Source: Gekko japonicus
Lineage: Eukaryota
Assembly (NCBI RefSeq): GCF_001447785.1
Contig: NW_015162017.1
Span: forward strand, 109,831-173,830
Direction of reading: 5' to 3'
DNA: 64,000 nt
The position numbers and the translations under genes were made by a program. The number at the start of each line of letters is the position of its first letter. Within the stretch, counting starts at the first letter, position 1. The notes under the pieces were generated by a model that was given only the letters and a program-made list of their open reading frames with translations, searched no databases and was not told the DNA's origin. Of the stretch, positions 11,776 through 24,015 are shown one piece after another.

Positions 11776-12739
11776 AATAATTTCCATGGACACAGTGTTC
11801 TAGTTCTTTATAACATTTTTTGATGTGCTTGTTTTTCTATAGGTAGCAGAAGTGAAGGTTACTTTTCTTACCCATAGTGTCTCACTCAGGGGGGGGGGCA
11901 AAACATAAGATTCATTGCATTTATTTTGCATTTATTTATTTATATCCCAATTGGGACTCAAAGCTGCTAAAAGGCGAGATTGCACTTCACCCACTTTCTT
12001 ACTATTACTCCATACTGACCAGTACCTGACATATAGGAATTTTTTACAAGTCTGTTTCACTAATTAAAACTCACAGGTTTCCTGTCAGGCAAAGAATAGA
12101 AATAAAGAAAAAAATATGGCACATCTTTGCATTTAATCCGCTCACATCAATTGTGATCCAGAGGCTGCATTCATGAAGCACAGCTAAGCCTTTCTCAGTC
12201 TAAGTTAGAGAAAGGTTTGCACTTGCTGATCTTTGCCTTTTGTAGCCTGCATTGTGACCTGGTTGCACTCATTGTTTGTTGGATCAGGATAACTGAAAGC
12301 TAAAAACAGATTAACTCAAATAGAATGAAAAATGAATGAGAGATAATGAGAACAGCACAAAATCCCCACAGAGGCACACCACATGCAAATTAGACAAACA
12401 AAGATGAATCAAAAAAGAACAAAAGCAGCTGATTAGAGTCTAACATGCATTTTTATAGTTTGGGTTGGGAACATCACTGTCTATAATATAATAGCAACCC
12501 CACTGGTACAAAAAGAAGTGGAATCAAAGGATGTTATCAAATACTAGGCTGCTGCCTGTACCACTAGGCCACATGCACAGCTATATTGGAAAGAAGCTAA
12601 TGAAACTTCCAGTCAAATACAAAACAGCTGCTGATGAAATAAAGGTTTGATATAGCCATGAGACTGAGAAAAATATTTTGGTATTTTTGCTGAAGCAGTA
12701 GGGACTTAAACTGCATGAAAGTGAAGCTTCCTGTACCAT

Positions 12740-13284
12740 GGCCGCATTCAGACTGGCGATTTGAAGCACTAGGGAGTCGTGGCAAAGAAAAAAATGGAAC
12801 AGCTTGGTTGCGGTATTCCTGTTCACACTGCAGCGAATGAAGCGGGAGGATACCGTGGAGGAAGCGCAATGAAGCGTTCACACTATCGGGGCACCCTGGC
12901 GGGCTGTTAGCGGGTCATTCTGCACTGGGCTGCATGCGCCCATGCGCATGGGTGCAGCGGCAAATAGGGCATGATCACGCATGCCCCGACGGTGCCTGTC
13001 GGGGAAAACAGCCGGTGCCTATTATCAATTACTGCGGGTTGTTCCCGTCTTAGCAGCACTTGCGTTCACACTCAGGGAACTGGAATCAACCCACTTTACA
13101 CACTTTACACACCACTTTCAGCTGGTAACTTTTAAACTCGTTAGGGAAGCGGCACAAGACGGCTTGAGTAAGGCTGGGGGACGCCTGACAGATGTGCCTG
13201 TGTGAACCTGCCCCTTTAATCTGCTACTGAACAGCTACTGAAATGTTTGCCTGCCAGGCCAAACTGACAGTCTGAACTCGGACC
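12740..13284. mobile_element. PIF/Harbinger-like MITE, copy 2 (inverted relative to 9075-9581)
   Basis: TIR ggccgcattcagactggcg / cagtctgaactcggacc; body is a diverged reverse complement of copy 1. Confidence 0.78.
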
Positions 13285-14374
13285 ATATAGATGAAGGAAT
13301 AGCCCAAACATCACTCTAAGCTTGTCTTCTGTACCTCAGTTATAACAGATAGGTTAATACCAGCTAACCTAGCAAATAATTGACCTAGCAAATAATTGAC
13401 ATTTCAGCCATTCTATGCAACAGAATGAATGTCTTATTGGAACCATGGTATAACCATAATTATCTGTCTTCTCATATTGGCTTGGTTCAGACATAGGGTC
13501 TGAGAGGCTGGGCTGGGAAAATGAGGTGGGAGCTGTTGGGTGATGGCATTATGTAACTTCCTGGAATATTCGAGAAGTGATGTCACATCCCTTTAGTAAT
13601 CACTGGGAAGTCTATGGTTTTCCCTAGAAGTGATACAATGCCATTGTCCATTGGCGACCCCCCCCCCCATGCTAGCCACCAAAGTACCAGCAGGCACTGC
13701 TGGAGATCTCATGTCCCCAGGTGGTAAAGGGAAAGGCTAATCAAACCTAAAGCAAAAACATGGTTTATTTTAATTATGGTTAGTTTGTGAGATCAGGATT
13801 CTGCTTTCAGATGATTATTCAAATCCTAGTTTTACAACAACTACTGATTTTACTACCTTAGCTATTTCACCCACCTCCCCTGAAGTGACCCATCTGATAT
13901 CCCAGCCTGCATTACAACAAGGAGGACACCAGAGATAAGACAGGCTGTCCATATTCAAACACTATGCATGAAAAACTAGCAGTGCAGAGTTATATACCTT
14001 TCTAAGCTTATTCAAATTAATGTAATTCTGGTTAATAACTGATAAACTATGGTTTCATTTCCTAGTTTACTGTAATTAGTGGAGTGACATGTATTCAGAT
14101 GATCACACTAACCCTAGTTAGTTTAATTAAAACATTGTTTCACATGAGCCAATGTTTTCATAATTTTAATTATTAAATGCAAGGGGAAACATTCATGTCT
14201 GGCAGCATTGCATTGAAGCATCATGGGTTTGATAATAATATAACCTGTAACTGAGTTTTCAGTGGCTTCTCCATTGTGTCTGCCAAAGTAACTCAGTGGC
14301 AGTGGGTCTTCTATGTGGTTGGTTTACTTACAGTTTCCATACCACAGACCCCATGGAAGCCATTGCCTCCTATA

Positions 14375-15220
14375 CAGGCCCGTAGCCAAGATTTCTTAAG
14401 TTGGAGGGCCTTTAAATAAGTCGTGGGGGCACTGAAATTAAAATAAAAAGGGTGTTTTCCTAAGCCCTAGAAGCCCAGTGCCACAGAGCTGGCCTCTGCC
14501 AGCCCTCTGGCTGGGAGCCCAGGTGCAGGGAGAAGAGGAGGCACGGGAAGAAGGAGAGGCATAACAAAGAGGAGGAAGAGGCACCCTGGCCCAGCCTCAC
14601 CAGCTTCTAAGCACTGACAAAAGTTCCTGCCAGCCCCACCTCGCCCGCTGGGCCACCTGGTTGCCTTCTGCTGCTTCCTTACCTGGGATCCTCATGCCTC
14701 CACTGCTGCCACCAGCTCAGGACCCCCAGCCCTTCTCCCTGATGCACCCTGGAAACCAGGTGCCATGGAGCTGGCCTCCACCAGCTCTCCAGCTGGGCAC
14801 CCAGGCACAGGAGGAGGAGACAGAAGAGGAGGAAGAAGAGCCACCCCAGACCAGCCCCACCAGCCTCCGAGCTCCACCAAAAGTTCCTGCTGGCCCCACC
14901 TTGCCAGCCCACCTGCCTGCCTCACACTGATTCCTAACCCCCAGCTTCTCCCCGCAACTGCCAGCCTGGGACTGAGTACCAGGGCTGCTGGCAGGGAGAG
15001 GGGCAATGGTGGCAGTGCCAGGAGTCTTCAGGATGGCCCAGATCATTGGGGGTGCTGGGATGGAGCTGCCAGGGCTGCTGGCAGGCAGGGAAGGGGCATT
15101 GGGGGTGGTTCAGGGAGTCTTCAGGACAGCCCAAAGAGTTGGGAGGCCTTGGCTAGATAGCAATGTGTGGGGCCCTGGCAGGAAGTCGATGGGGCAGGCC
15201 CCAGTGTAGCTACGGGCCTG
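14375..15220. mobile_element. hAT-Tip100-like non-autonomous element (846 bp)
   Basis: TIR caggcccgtagc / gctacgggcctg; perfect 8-bp TSD ctcctata. Confidence 0.9.
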
Positions 15221-15424
15221 CTCCTATACCACTTCTGGCATTTTTAATCAGTAATTGACATACCAGTGCATGAATATTTGGATTACCATTTTTAAAAAAA
15301 GAACTCCTGGTGGTGTGTGTGTGTGTGGGGGGTGACCATGGGGGACTGGGACAAGGAAACTGTGCCAATGTGGCTGGGAAATCTGGACTTTTTGTTCCCA
15401 AACGGCACCCAGTGTTCCAAGCCA

Positions 15425-15580
15425 CTCAACACTGTGGTGTAGTGTTTGCCATGTCAGACTATGACCTGAGAGACCCCAGTTCAAATCCCTACTCTACTAT
15501 GGAAGCTTTCTGGGACACCTTGAACCAGTCACTCCTTCTCAGCTGATCCTACCTCACAGGGTTATTGGGAAGATAAAACA
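15425..15580 (+). mobile_element. tRNA-derived CORE SINE, older copy
   Basis: tggtgtagtg A box, agttcaaatcc B box, cctacctcacagggtt CORE motif. Confidence 0.65.
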
Positions 15581-18500
15581 TCATAACAGAGCAGGTTTGG
15601 AAAAGATCACAGGAAATACGGGGGAACCCGGGATGTGCTCAAATGCATCATGATGCTTTGAGGAAGTAGGAGGGGATGACTTCCCAATAGCATCCAAGTC
15701 AGGCCAAATAACCAGTCTGAGACTGTAGATGGACTTCTTAAAAACAATTCATCCATAGAAATTATGAACAGATGTCAACATTAATTATATTAACTTTTGA
15801 CTGTAATAAAATTCCTATATTATGTAGCTCCATAATGGTCAGTAGTTTGGACATTAATTAACTCCCCTGTTACAACCAAATAACATTTTGTCAATGACAT
15901 CATGTCAGAATAAGTACTCTTAGAAATTCAGCAACAATAATTTACAAGAATATGGGGTGGAAATAAGTAATTGAATTTTAATTTGTGGGATGGAATCACA
16001 CACCATTCCCTAGTGTTTGCAGCTATAAATATGCATTTGCAAGAATAATGATTGTATAGGCCCATCTATAAAATTACAATTGACAAACATCCAAGGAACT
16101 AATTTTGAAAAATCTATTAGATTTTGTTTCTTACATCTCATCTAATGTGTACACTTTTTATGAATACTGCCTCATCAAGATGTCCGAATTTCAATAACGG
16201 TCACACTATTTCTAACAATGATACGAGAAACAGAAAAGTTTTGAAAGAAGACCTTATATTAGAATGACTGCTATTCTTAATGCCTGATTAAGGTTTCTGC
16301 TAAAGTAAGGTCTCTGTTGGGAATGGGTCACACACTGTGCATTCTGGCTACTAAGAATTTAAGAGTTTCCCATCTGGGTCCCTTGATCTCAAGGACTCCA
16401 ATTATACATCTCCCACATAAGCACAGAATTGTTTAATGTCCTCCTCCCAGACTAAATAGGAAGAGATGATCTTCCACTGTAGAATGTAAGCAAAGCACTC
16501 TCTCACACAAACATCAACAAATGTCCTATTAAAGGTGGAGATACAGCTCTTAAGCTGGTACAGCATGCTGCCACAAGATTACTAAAGTAAATAAACCAAG
16601 TTGAATTGATTTGAATACCGTGGCTAAATTGTTGCTCAGGATGAATAGGGTTAATTATTTTTCATAACAGAATGCCCCCAATGCAGATTAGAGCTTTTAG
16701 AAGTCTTGAATGCATTAAAAGAAACGTAGAGGTGATAATGACTAATTTCTTCATGTGTTGCATTAGCACTTTAAATGTGAAATGAAATTTGCAACATAGT
16801 AAGCGAGAAAATAAGAATGCAAGATGTGCAGCAAGGCGGGAGCTCACACTTAACAGTTGGTGTGCTTTTGAAAATATTTGCTCTATTATGTAGCATTCTC
16901 ATGAGATGCAAGGCCTATAATTTTGAGACGTTAAGTAACATTTTGACAGTGCGCTTGATACTCAAACCAAACCTGGCATGTTTTCATCACTACCTAGAAA
17001 ACAATGCTTCAGTTGAGATACAGTTCAAAGAGGTGCAAGTGATTTTCTGGAATGTGCTATAGGAGCTGAGGCTACTGAGTAGTTTATATGAGCATTTTAG
17101 TATGTCCAAATATGATAAATAAAACTGATAGTGTTTTCTTGTTTGGAATTTAAATATTCACAGAAGATTGATTTTCTCTTTCTTACCTGCTGAAGTATCA
17201 GTCCCTCTAATAATTAATCCCTAAATCACATAATTTTTTTTATTATTTCCTTAGCACACAAGAAATAGGCTGGTGTACACACTATTATCAATATATCTAA
17301 TTCTCATATGGCCAAATCTGTGGATACTTAAATCCAGAAACTGGAGTCATGAACAGACAAGACAGATTAGTTGTAGATCTTTCTATGAGCTTGAGAAAAG
17401 CCCCAGGTTTGCAGAAAAATCTGAAATCTAGGAAAAAATGCATTAGAGGGTTAAAACCTCCCAAAATAACAGAACCAGCACCTGTAACTTTAAGAAATGA
17501 ATGTCCTAAGTGGCAGTTGCTAGGCAACTGTCATTAAAAACCAGTCTGAGGTGACAGTTCCCATTCCAGGGCTGTTTTGGCCTTTGAGGGAGGACTGGTC
17601 TTGGCCAAGCCTAGCAGCAACCACCAGGCAGTTTGTGCCTCCCAGCCTGCATGACTCACCCAGGCCTAGTTGCTTGCCATTGTTTAACAAAAGCCACCCT
17701 ATGAAAGCAATGTTGTGTCATGGTTACAGTTTCAGACTTGGATCTGAGAGACACAGGTTGAAATACCCAATCCGGCATGGAAGCTCACTGGATGACTTTG
17801 GGTAGGTTAGCTAGTGGGTGGGAAGGAGAGGAGGCAGTAAAAGGGGAGAGGCTATGGAGGATTTCAGAGAAGGAAAAGAGAGAGCTGGTGGGGGAGAGGA
17901 AAATGAGATTCTCTCTGCATGCCATTTCAGGTCCCTTGCTTGTGAATTCTGATCACTGACTGCCACATATAGTTACAGAGATGGGTTTACCCAATGGATA
18001 ACAGTAAGTTGCTCCTTATCCAGCTGCCCCTGGCCTTGCTCCCTTCAAAGGAGGGGTAAAAGAAGAAAAGCAGGTTTCTACCACTGCTCACACCACCTGG
18101 TCCATGTTCCTGCTCACCAGTTTGTGCATGTGTGATTCTGGGGCCAAATCCTGGACTTTTGCCCAGAACAAATGGCATAGCCAGAATTTTCATACTGCCT
18201 TGTACCAGCCCATAAACATTGTATTTCAGTGGCATCAGTACACACATGCAGCTGCAAATTCTCAATTGCTAAATAGTCAACAGATGAGAAACCAAATAAT
18301 ACACATGAATGAGTGATCAGACCCAGAGGAATGGTCACCTGAGAATTAGCACTGATTAGTCTGATAATAACCCTGGTTGCTATGTTTAATCATGTAAATG
18401 CTCACTGGAAAGTTGATAGTGATGGTACATCAATATTTTACAACCTCCCCCCATAAAAGTATAAATGACATAGGAATGTAGAAGAATTTTGCATGTTTGT

Positions 18501-21438
18501 TGGTTGATTGGCTGTGGGTTCTTTGAAGGTGAGGATGAATTTGTGGCTGTGGATCATGTTGAACTTACAAAAGAAATTTGAAAGAAAAATATTGACATAA
18601 ATGTTTATACCAATTTGAGATTAAGGTTTTTTCCACATCCCTAACTTGAAATTCTACTGACTGTTCATTGCTTTGTTACCTTGATGTCTCAGAGTGATTA
18701 ACCCCTCTGGGGCTGTAAAGTAGAAGGTAAGCACTTGTGACGTAAAGGAAAGGATTCAATAATAGGGACTTTAAAAAAAAAAAGCAGTGACTGCTTGGAA
18801 TTCTGTATCTTCTGAGTAATTTGTTGTTCTCTGCAAACTTCGCTATCATGCTGTTTCATCTGACTTTACAGATTTGGGCATCCCCAACATGAAAGTTTAG
18901 TAAGAGGTCAGATCCTATTTCCAAAGAAAAAATATTCAGTTCTATGTGTACATGGTCAAGGCATATCATTACTGAAGTGCAATAATAGTGACCTCATTAC
19001 ATATGTAGTGTCAGTGTCCAGTCATTTTTTTCTTATAATCTCTGTATCCTTCATGCATCACAATCAATACCAAGTTGGAAGCTTAATTTACAGCAGGTTT
19101 TTCTATTACACTGGCAGAAGTTACTCTGTGTTGAGGTAAGGTGTAAAACCTTAGACTGCATGTGAGGGGGGGGGGATCCTATGGTATAGCTTTTCCATCT
19201 GCCCATGTTAACCACCTGGAAATAAAGATTACATATAACATAGTAGGACACCAACAATTTTACCCACTGGCAGCTAAAAGAGGTGGATATGGTGCTAGTC
19301 ATGATGGAGTTCAACTGGTAGTCTTTTTTTTTCCTAACAAAAATGAAATCCCTTCTATCTAATGTTAACATTATTATTTCTGATGTTATACTTTCAAGAC
19401 TTAGAGAAGTGCAAGAATCTACCAAGTGAACACAAGCATATTCCTTTGGGGGGGAAATGAGCAATAAGCGTAATTTTCAAGAGGAAAGGCCATTTTTCCC
19501 CCATCTATGCATACGGTAATGTGACCTACTGTCCAGTTATCCAATGCTTTTGGTTGTATAAGCTCAATATGAGTCACCAATCTTCTGCAAAGAAAATGGA
19601 GGACTGTATTTTCTTTCACAAATTCAGTCTTCCTTTGTGCATATTTGATGAGCCAAATTAGCTAGGGATAGTCATTGCTTCATAATCAGTGGATAATCAA
19701 GTCATATTTAGAGAACTGTCATTTTTTGAAAGACTAACACATCTATTAGGCTTCAAGAGAGTACAAATAACCAATTCTAGCCTAAGCCATTTCAGGCCAT
19801 TTTCCAAACATGTAAATGTGCAGAAAACCCCACTCTTACCTTCATCTGGGACTCTCTTTGTGCCAAATTATTCCAAAGGAAAGAGCAGACTCAAGAAATC
19901 CCTTAAACATCTGCCATTTCTGTACTAACAATTAGCTGCCAAGTTCAGTCTCTCTGCTGTATGAAATACATGGATGTGTTCCATACTAGTATCACCCTTA
20001 TGAAAATGAACTGTATGCTATTTCCCTGTCCAAAGGAAATGCTGGTGTGTGTAAAAGCAAGGCCATATCAGAGGAGTTCTTAGGGACACAGCACTGTGAG
20101 GTGTTGAATTATGAAATCAAGATCACATTCTCACTTTTGCTGCCTATTAACATTGCCATCTGCATTCTAGGGAGTTGCTTTAAAGCGTATCTATTCATAA
20201 TCGTCCTCTGAATACTGACAAATTAGCTTATTCTTTGATCATAAATGCACTGTTATGAAGAAGACCATTCCCTTGAAATATGCCAGAGAAAGGTACATGC
20301 TGTCTTCAAAGTTTAGAACCACAGAGGAAGCATATATTTGCTTCACAGGTTGTTCTTAAAATCATCAGCTGAGTTCTAGTTACAGTATTTGCCAGTGACA
20401 AAGGTACAACATCCAGTGGAGTAAGCTTTTAAAACAAAAGGGGGGGTTGCCTCTCTTCATTAGATTAGTGACAGTGTAATTGCTGCCAGCTTTTGTGTTC
20501 AAAAATGCTTTTCAAAAATGCCTTCCTGTTAAGTAATTATATTCATTGTCTGCAACATCTGCTATTTACCTAGTGGTACAGTAATAGTAATAAACTGTCA
20601 TTTCCATTATTGTATTCTTTTCAATCAACTTACTGTATCTCAGAGAATTGACAAGATTAAAATACTGTTGGTTAGAGGTACAGTTGACTTGGGATTAGTT
20701 CTATAACTGGTTCTAGTTAGGTTTGCCCTCTCCCATCCCCAAAGGAACAGGTTAGCAGTCTGAGGTTGTGAAGGAACACCCTGAACCCCAGAATTTCATA
20801 TTAGCATTTCACTAACTGTACTGCATTCTTTACATGCCCCAAGATACTTTTCCCACAGATATACATGGATATGAGATACCAGCTCATGCCTCAGCTAGAG
20901 AGTCAGACATAAGAATACAGAGTTTAAATGATCAAAGTGTAGAGAATGTTCCTTCCTTGTGAACAGGAAGACATGGATGACCCACAAGGGGGTGGGCAAG
21001 GCGTGGAGGACTAAGCCCGTGGTTTACCCTTGGACTCTATCCTGATCACATGAGGCTCAGGGTTGCAATAGGAAAAATATTTTCTTCTCACAGAGCTCAA
21101 CCACATGATGTATTTTCTTTGGATGAGTTGGGTTGGCAGACATGTGCCTATGCATACCTCATCAGTACAAGTGGTGCTCCTCGTAGGCAAATAGCATGAC
21201 CAGGGCTATTAAAAGTCAGGAAAATGGCACAGGAGGAAGGCTTAAGCACCCTCTGCTTGCATGCTATGGCCCCAATCCAAATCAGGCTTGTACATACCTG
21301 TGAGTCATGAACGCCTAGAAAAAAATCTGGAGACCCAGAGATGTACCCAGGAAAAACATATCACGTGGTTGGGATCAAAGAGATTGCTAACAAGCTCTGT
21401 GTTGCATAGTTTGCATTGCTTTGCAGCTGGTAATCTGT

Positions 21439-22175
21439 GGGTGCGGTCAGACGGCATGCTGAGAGTGGGTTAAACAGCTCCGGTTCTAACCGGATTGTAT
21501 TTGATCTGGATAATTGTGATCACACTTACCTCCCTTATCCCGCCTTACCACACAGTCACATCGCTCCCCGGCATCTACACTACCGACATGCAGGAGCATG
21601 CGTCGGCGGGTTTTTTAAAAATTTCCCTCAGTTTGTGCATACGCATAGGCGCCTCTCCATAGACGGGGGGAAAACTATCATGGTGCATGCGCAAAACCAC
21701 CAAGGCAAATCAATCCAACCCCTCCAACAAAAGACTTCCCTTTAAATGTTTGACCCAAAAATGGCCTCCGTGAGATCCCGAACTCATCTAAACACTAAAG
21801 CAAGTGACCGTTTAAATGTCAGTTTTCTAAACACGGTGGCGGAGCTCTGCCTATGCGCACACCACCAACGCATTTAAAAAAGGCGGGCGAAAAGCAGAAG
21901 CCTCGAGTAGCTTTCCAGAGGGGAGGGGGTTGCAGCACCCGGAAGTGGCTCGACACCGCAGGAGCGATCAGACATCAGAAAAGTGTGGCTAGAACCGGAG
22001 AATCAGGAAAACACCACTTGGGGACCTGGTAGCAAAATACTCCAGTTTAAAGGGGGTTTGAATCAGAAAGCAATGGCTGGGGACGGTGCGCAGATGTTGA
22101 CCATGTGATCGCGCATATAAAATCAGTTGCTGAACTGTCACGACACCAGATCAAATGGCACGTCTGACCGCACCC
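21439..22175. mobile_element. PIF/Harbinger-like MITE (737 bp), CpG-rich
   Basis: Perfect 15-bp TIR gggtgcggtcagacg; 3-bp TSD tgt on both sides. Confidence 0.85.
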
Positions 22176-23589
22176 TGTGTGTAGGAAAGAACATGATTTA
22201 GTGACTGTCTTCTTGGGCTTCTAGATGCAAGCTCCTAGGTCTATTGCGTAACTCTTTCTGCTTTTCTTCTGATGCTGAATCCCTCCGTGTGCCTGCTCTG
22301 CACATAAGAAGACTAATAGAAGCTAATAACATATTTTTTCAAAAAAAATCCCAACATGTTTAACTATTCTACCGAAAATAAATGCAATTATTAACAAACA
22401 AAACAAATTGAATATGAATTCAAATTAAATTTTGGCGAATGCCCTTAGTGAGAAGTGAAAAAACCTTTTTGGGCAGTTACCAGAGATCCTTACAATAAAT
22501 ATAACATATTTATACTACCATAATGATCTTAAATAAATAAGTTATAGACCATAATGGATCCAGAATGAAGCATAGAATTTATTTTAAAAATCATATTGGT
22601 ATGTTAGCTTTACTACAGTTGCTAGCAGAGTTGATTCCACAAGGGTTACTGATGTTATCCATCATTTCCTTAGTGCTAGTAATTTCATTGCTGCTTAAGT
22701 TGCTTCCATATATTTATATGGCTGGTATTGTATTAAGCAAATTTCTCTCTATGCCTGCCTATAAAAAGGAAGGATATTGCTTTCATTTTCTCATTTTGTA
22801 TTCAATGTGTGTGCAGCTAAAGGCAAATATTCCTTTAGCTGACAAAATGGAATGCTTTGTAAATATTGCAAACATTATAATGTTCCTGTTAGGAAAGTAG
22901 ATGAGGGAATTCGATGGGGATAATTTAGCAATGATTAGGAAAGACAGAACTCCTGTTCTTTCAAGTTCCAAAGATCTCAAGAATTCCTCAGGCAATCTTG
23001 CAAGCCGTATCACTTTCCTAATAAGACACTGTCCTGAGTCAGGCTGCCGATCTCCAGTATTTGCAGCAGACCAGATGGGCAAGGCCAAGGAGGGTAGAAG
23101 TAGAGAACCTGGTGTCAGAGAACAGTTCAGGAGCCAGAGTTACTTGGCAACAGCATCCAAATCAACAAAGACAGAGAGTTCAGAGAATGGGTTCTCAAGA
23201 AATAGTCCAGGAGTCAGAATTATCAAGGAATTGTCCAGTCAGTAGCAGCAACTTCAATGTTTAGGAAGACATTGTGTCCACATCCATGAGTCCCCCTTTG
23301 CTCTGACCAGTTCCAGTTTCAGCAAGATAATGCCACAGGGAATTCATTTAAGAAGAAAGAAGCATTCAGCTCTGGAAGAGGAATTGGCTTTATTTCATCT
23401 ATTGAGAGAACTATTAATATTAAGCTGCTCTGAAGGGAGATGGGAAAATAATTGTAAAATGAGATGCCACTGTTCTTGGAAATTTGTGTTTAAATTGTTT
23501 AAACTATTTAGCGATTCTTCTGGGAAACTCTCTGCATAGTCAATGTTGATGGCTTGTTTTTGTAACTAAGGATGATGATATACCACTCG

Positions 23590-23756
23590 CAATGTTATGA
23601 AAAGCAACTTTTACGGATAAGCTAATATTTTATGAGCAATGTAATAACCCCCAACTCTTGGGTTTTTAGTGGGTTTTCTTTTCTTTCTCCATAGTTTATA
23701 GATCTCTCCCCTTATTTCGTTGTAGTTTTTAGAAAATGCAAATAAATAAAAAAAAT
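23590..23756 (+). mobile_element. LINE (L1-like) 3' end with poly(A)
   Basis: T-rich 3' UTR-like stretch ending aataaataaaaaaaa. Confidence 0.4.
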
Positions 23757-24015
23757 CCCCTACGGGGGGCCAAAAAAAAAAAAGGAACGAAAGAAAGAGA
23801 CTGCTGTCCTTTTCAATGAGGTTTACAGAAAGCCTGAAAAACAGCTGAATGGCAGGGAGCAGCCTGCTCCCCACTGCTCAACTGTTTCAGGCTTTTTTAT
23901 GTAGTCCATTTAACTTTTAAACTCCACCACGACTCAGCTGTTTTTGTGGCTTTTGCAGTGAACAGAAAGCAGGGATTTAAAGGGTCTTGGAGTCCCTTTA
24001 AACATCTGCTTTCTG

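Noticed and set aside
9075-13284. Composite transposon bounded by two MITEs
   Set aside because: The copies are clearly diverged and the outer flanks share no exact TSD.
14661-15209. Pro/Glu-rich ORFs
   Set aside because: They lie wholly inside a TIR/TSD-defined hAT element; GC-rich low complexity.
18690-18735. Plus-strand 34-nt exon with strong gtaagc donor
   Set aside because: Stop codons in all three frames and a modest acceptor; no support beyond the motif.
19835-19925. Minus-strand exon ending at AAG|gtaaga
   Set aside because: Weak acceptor and stops in all frames.
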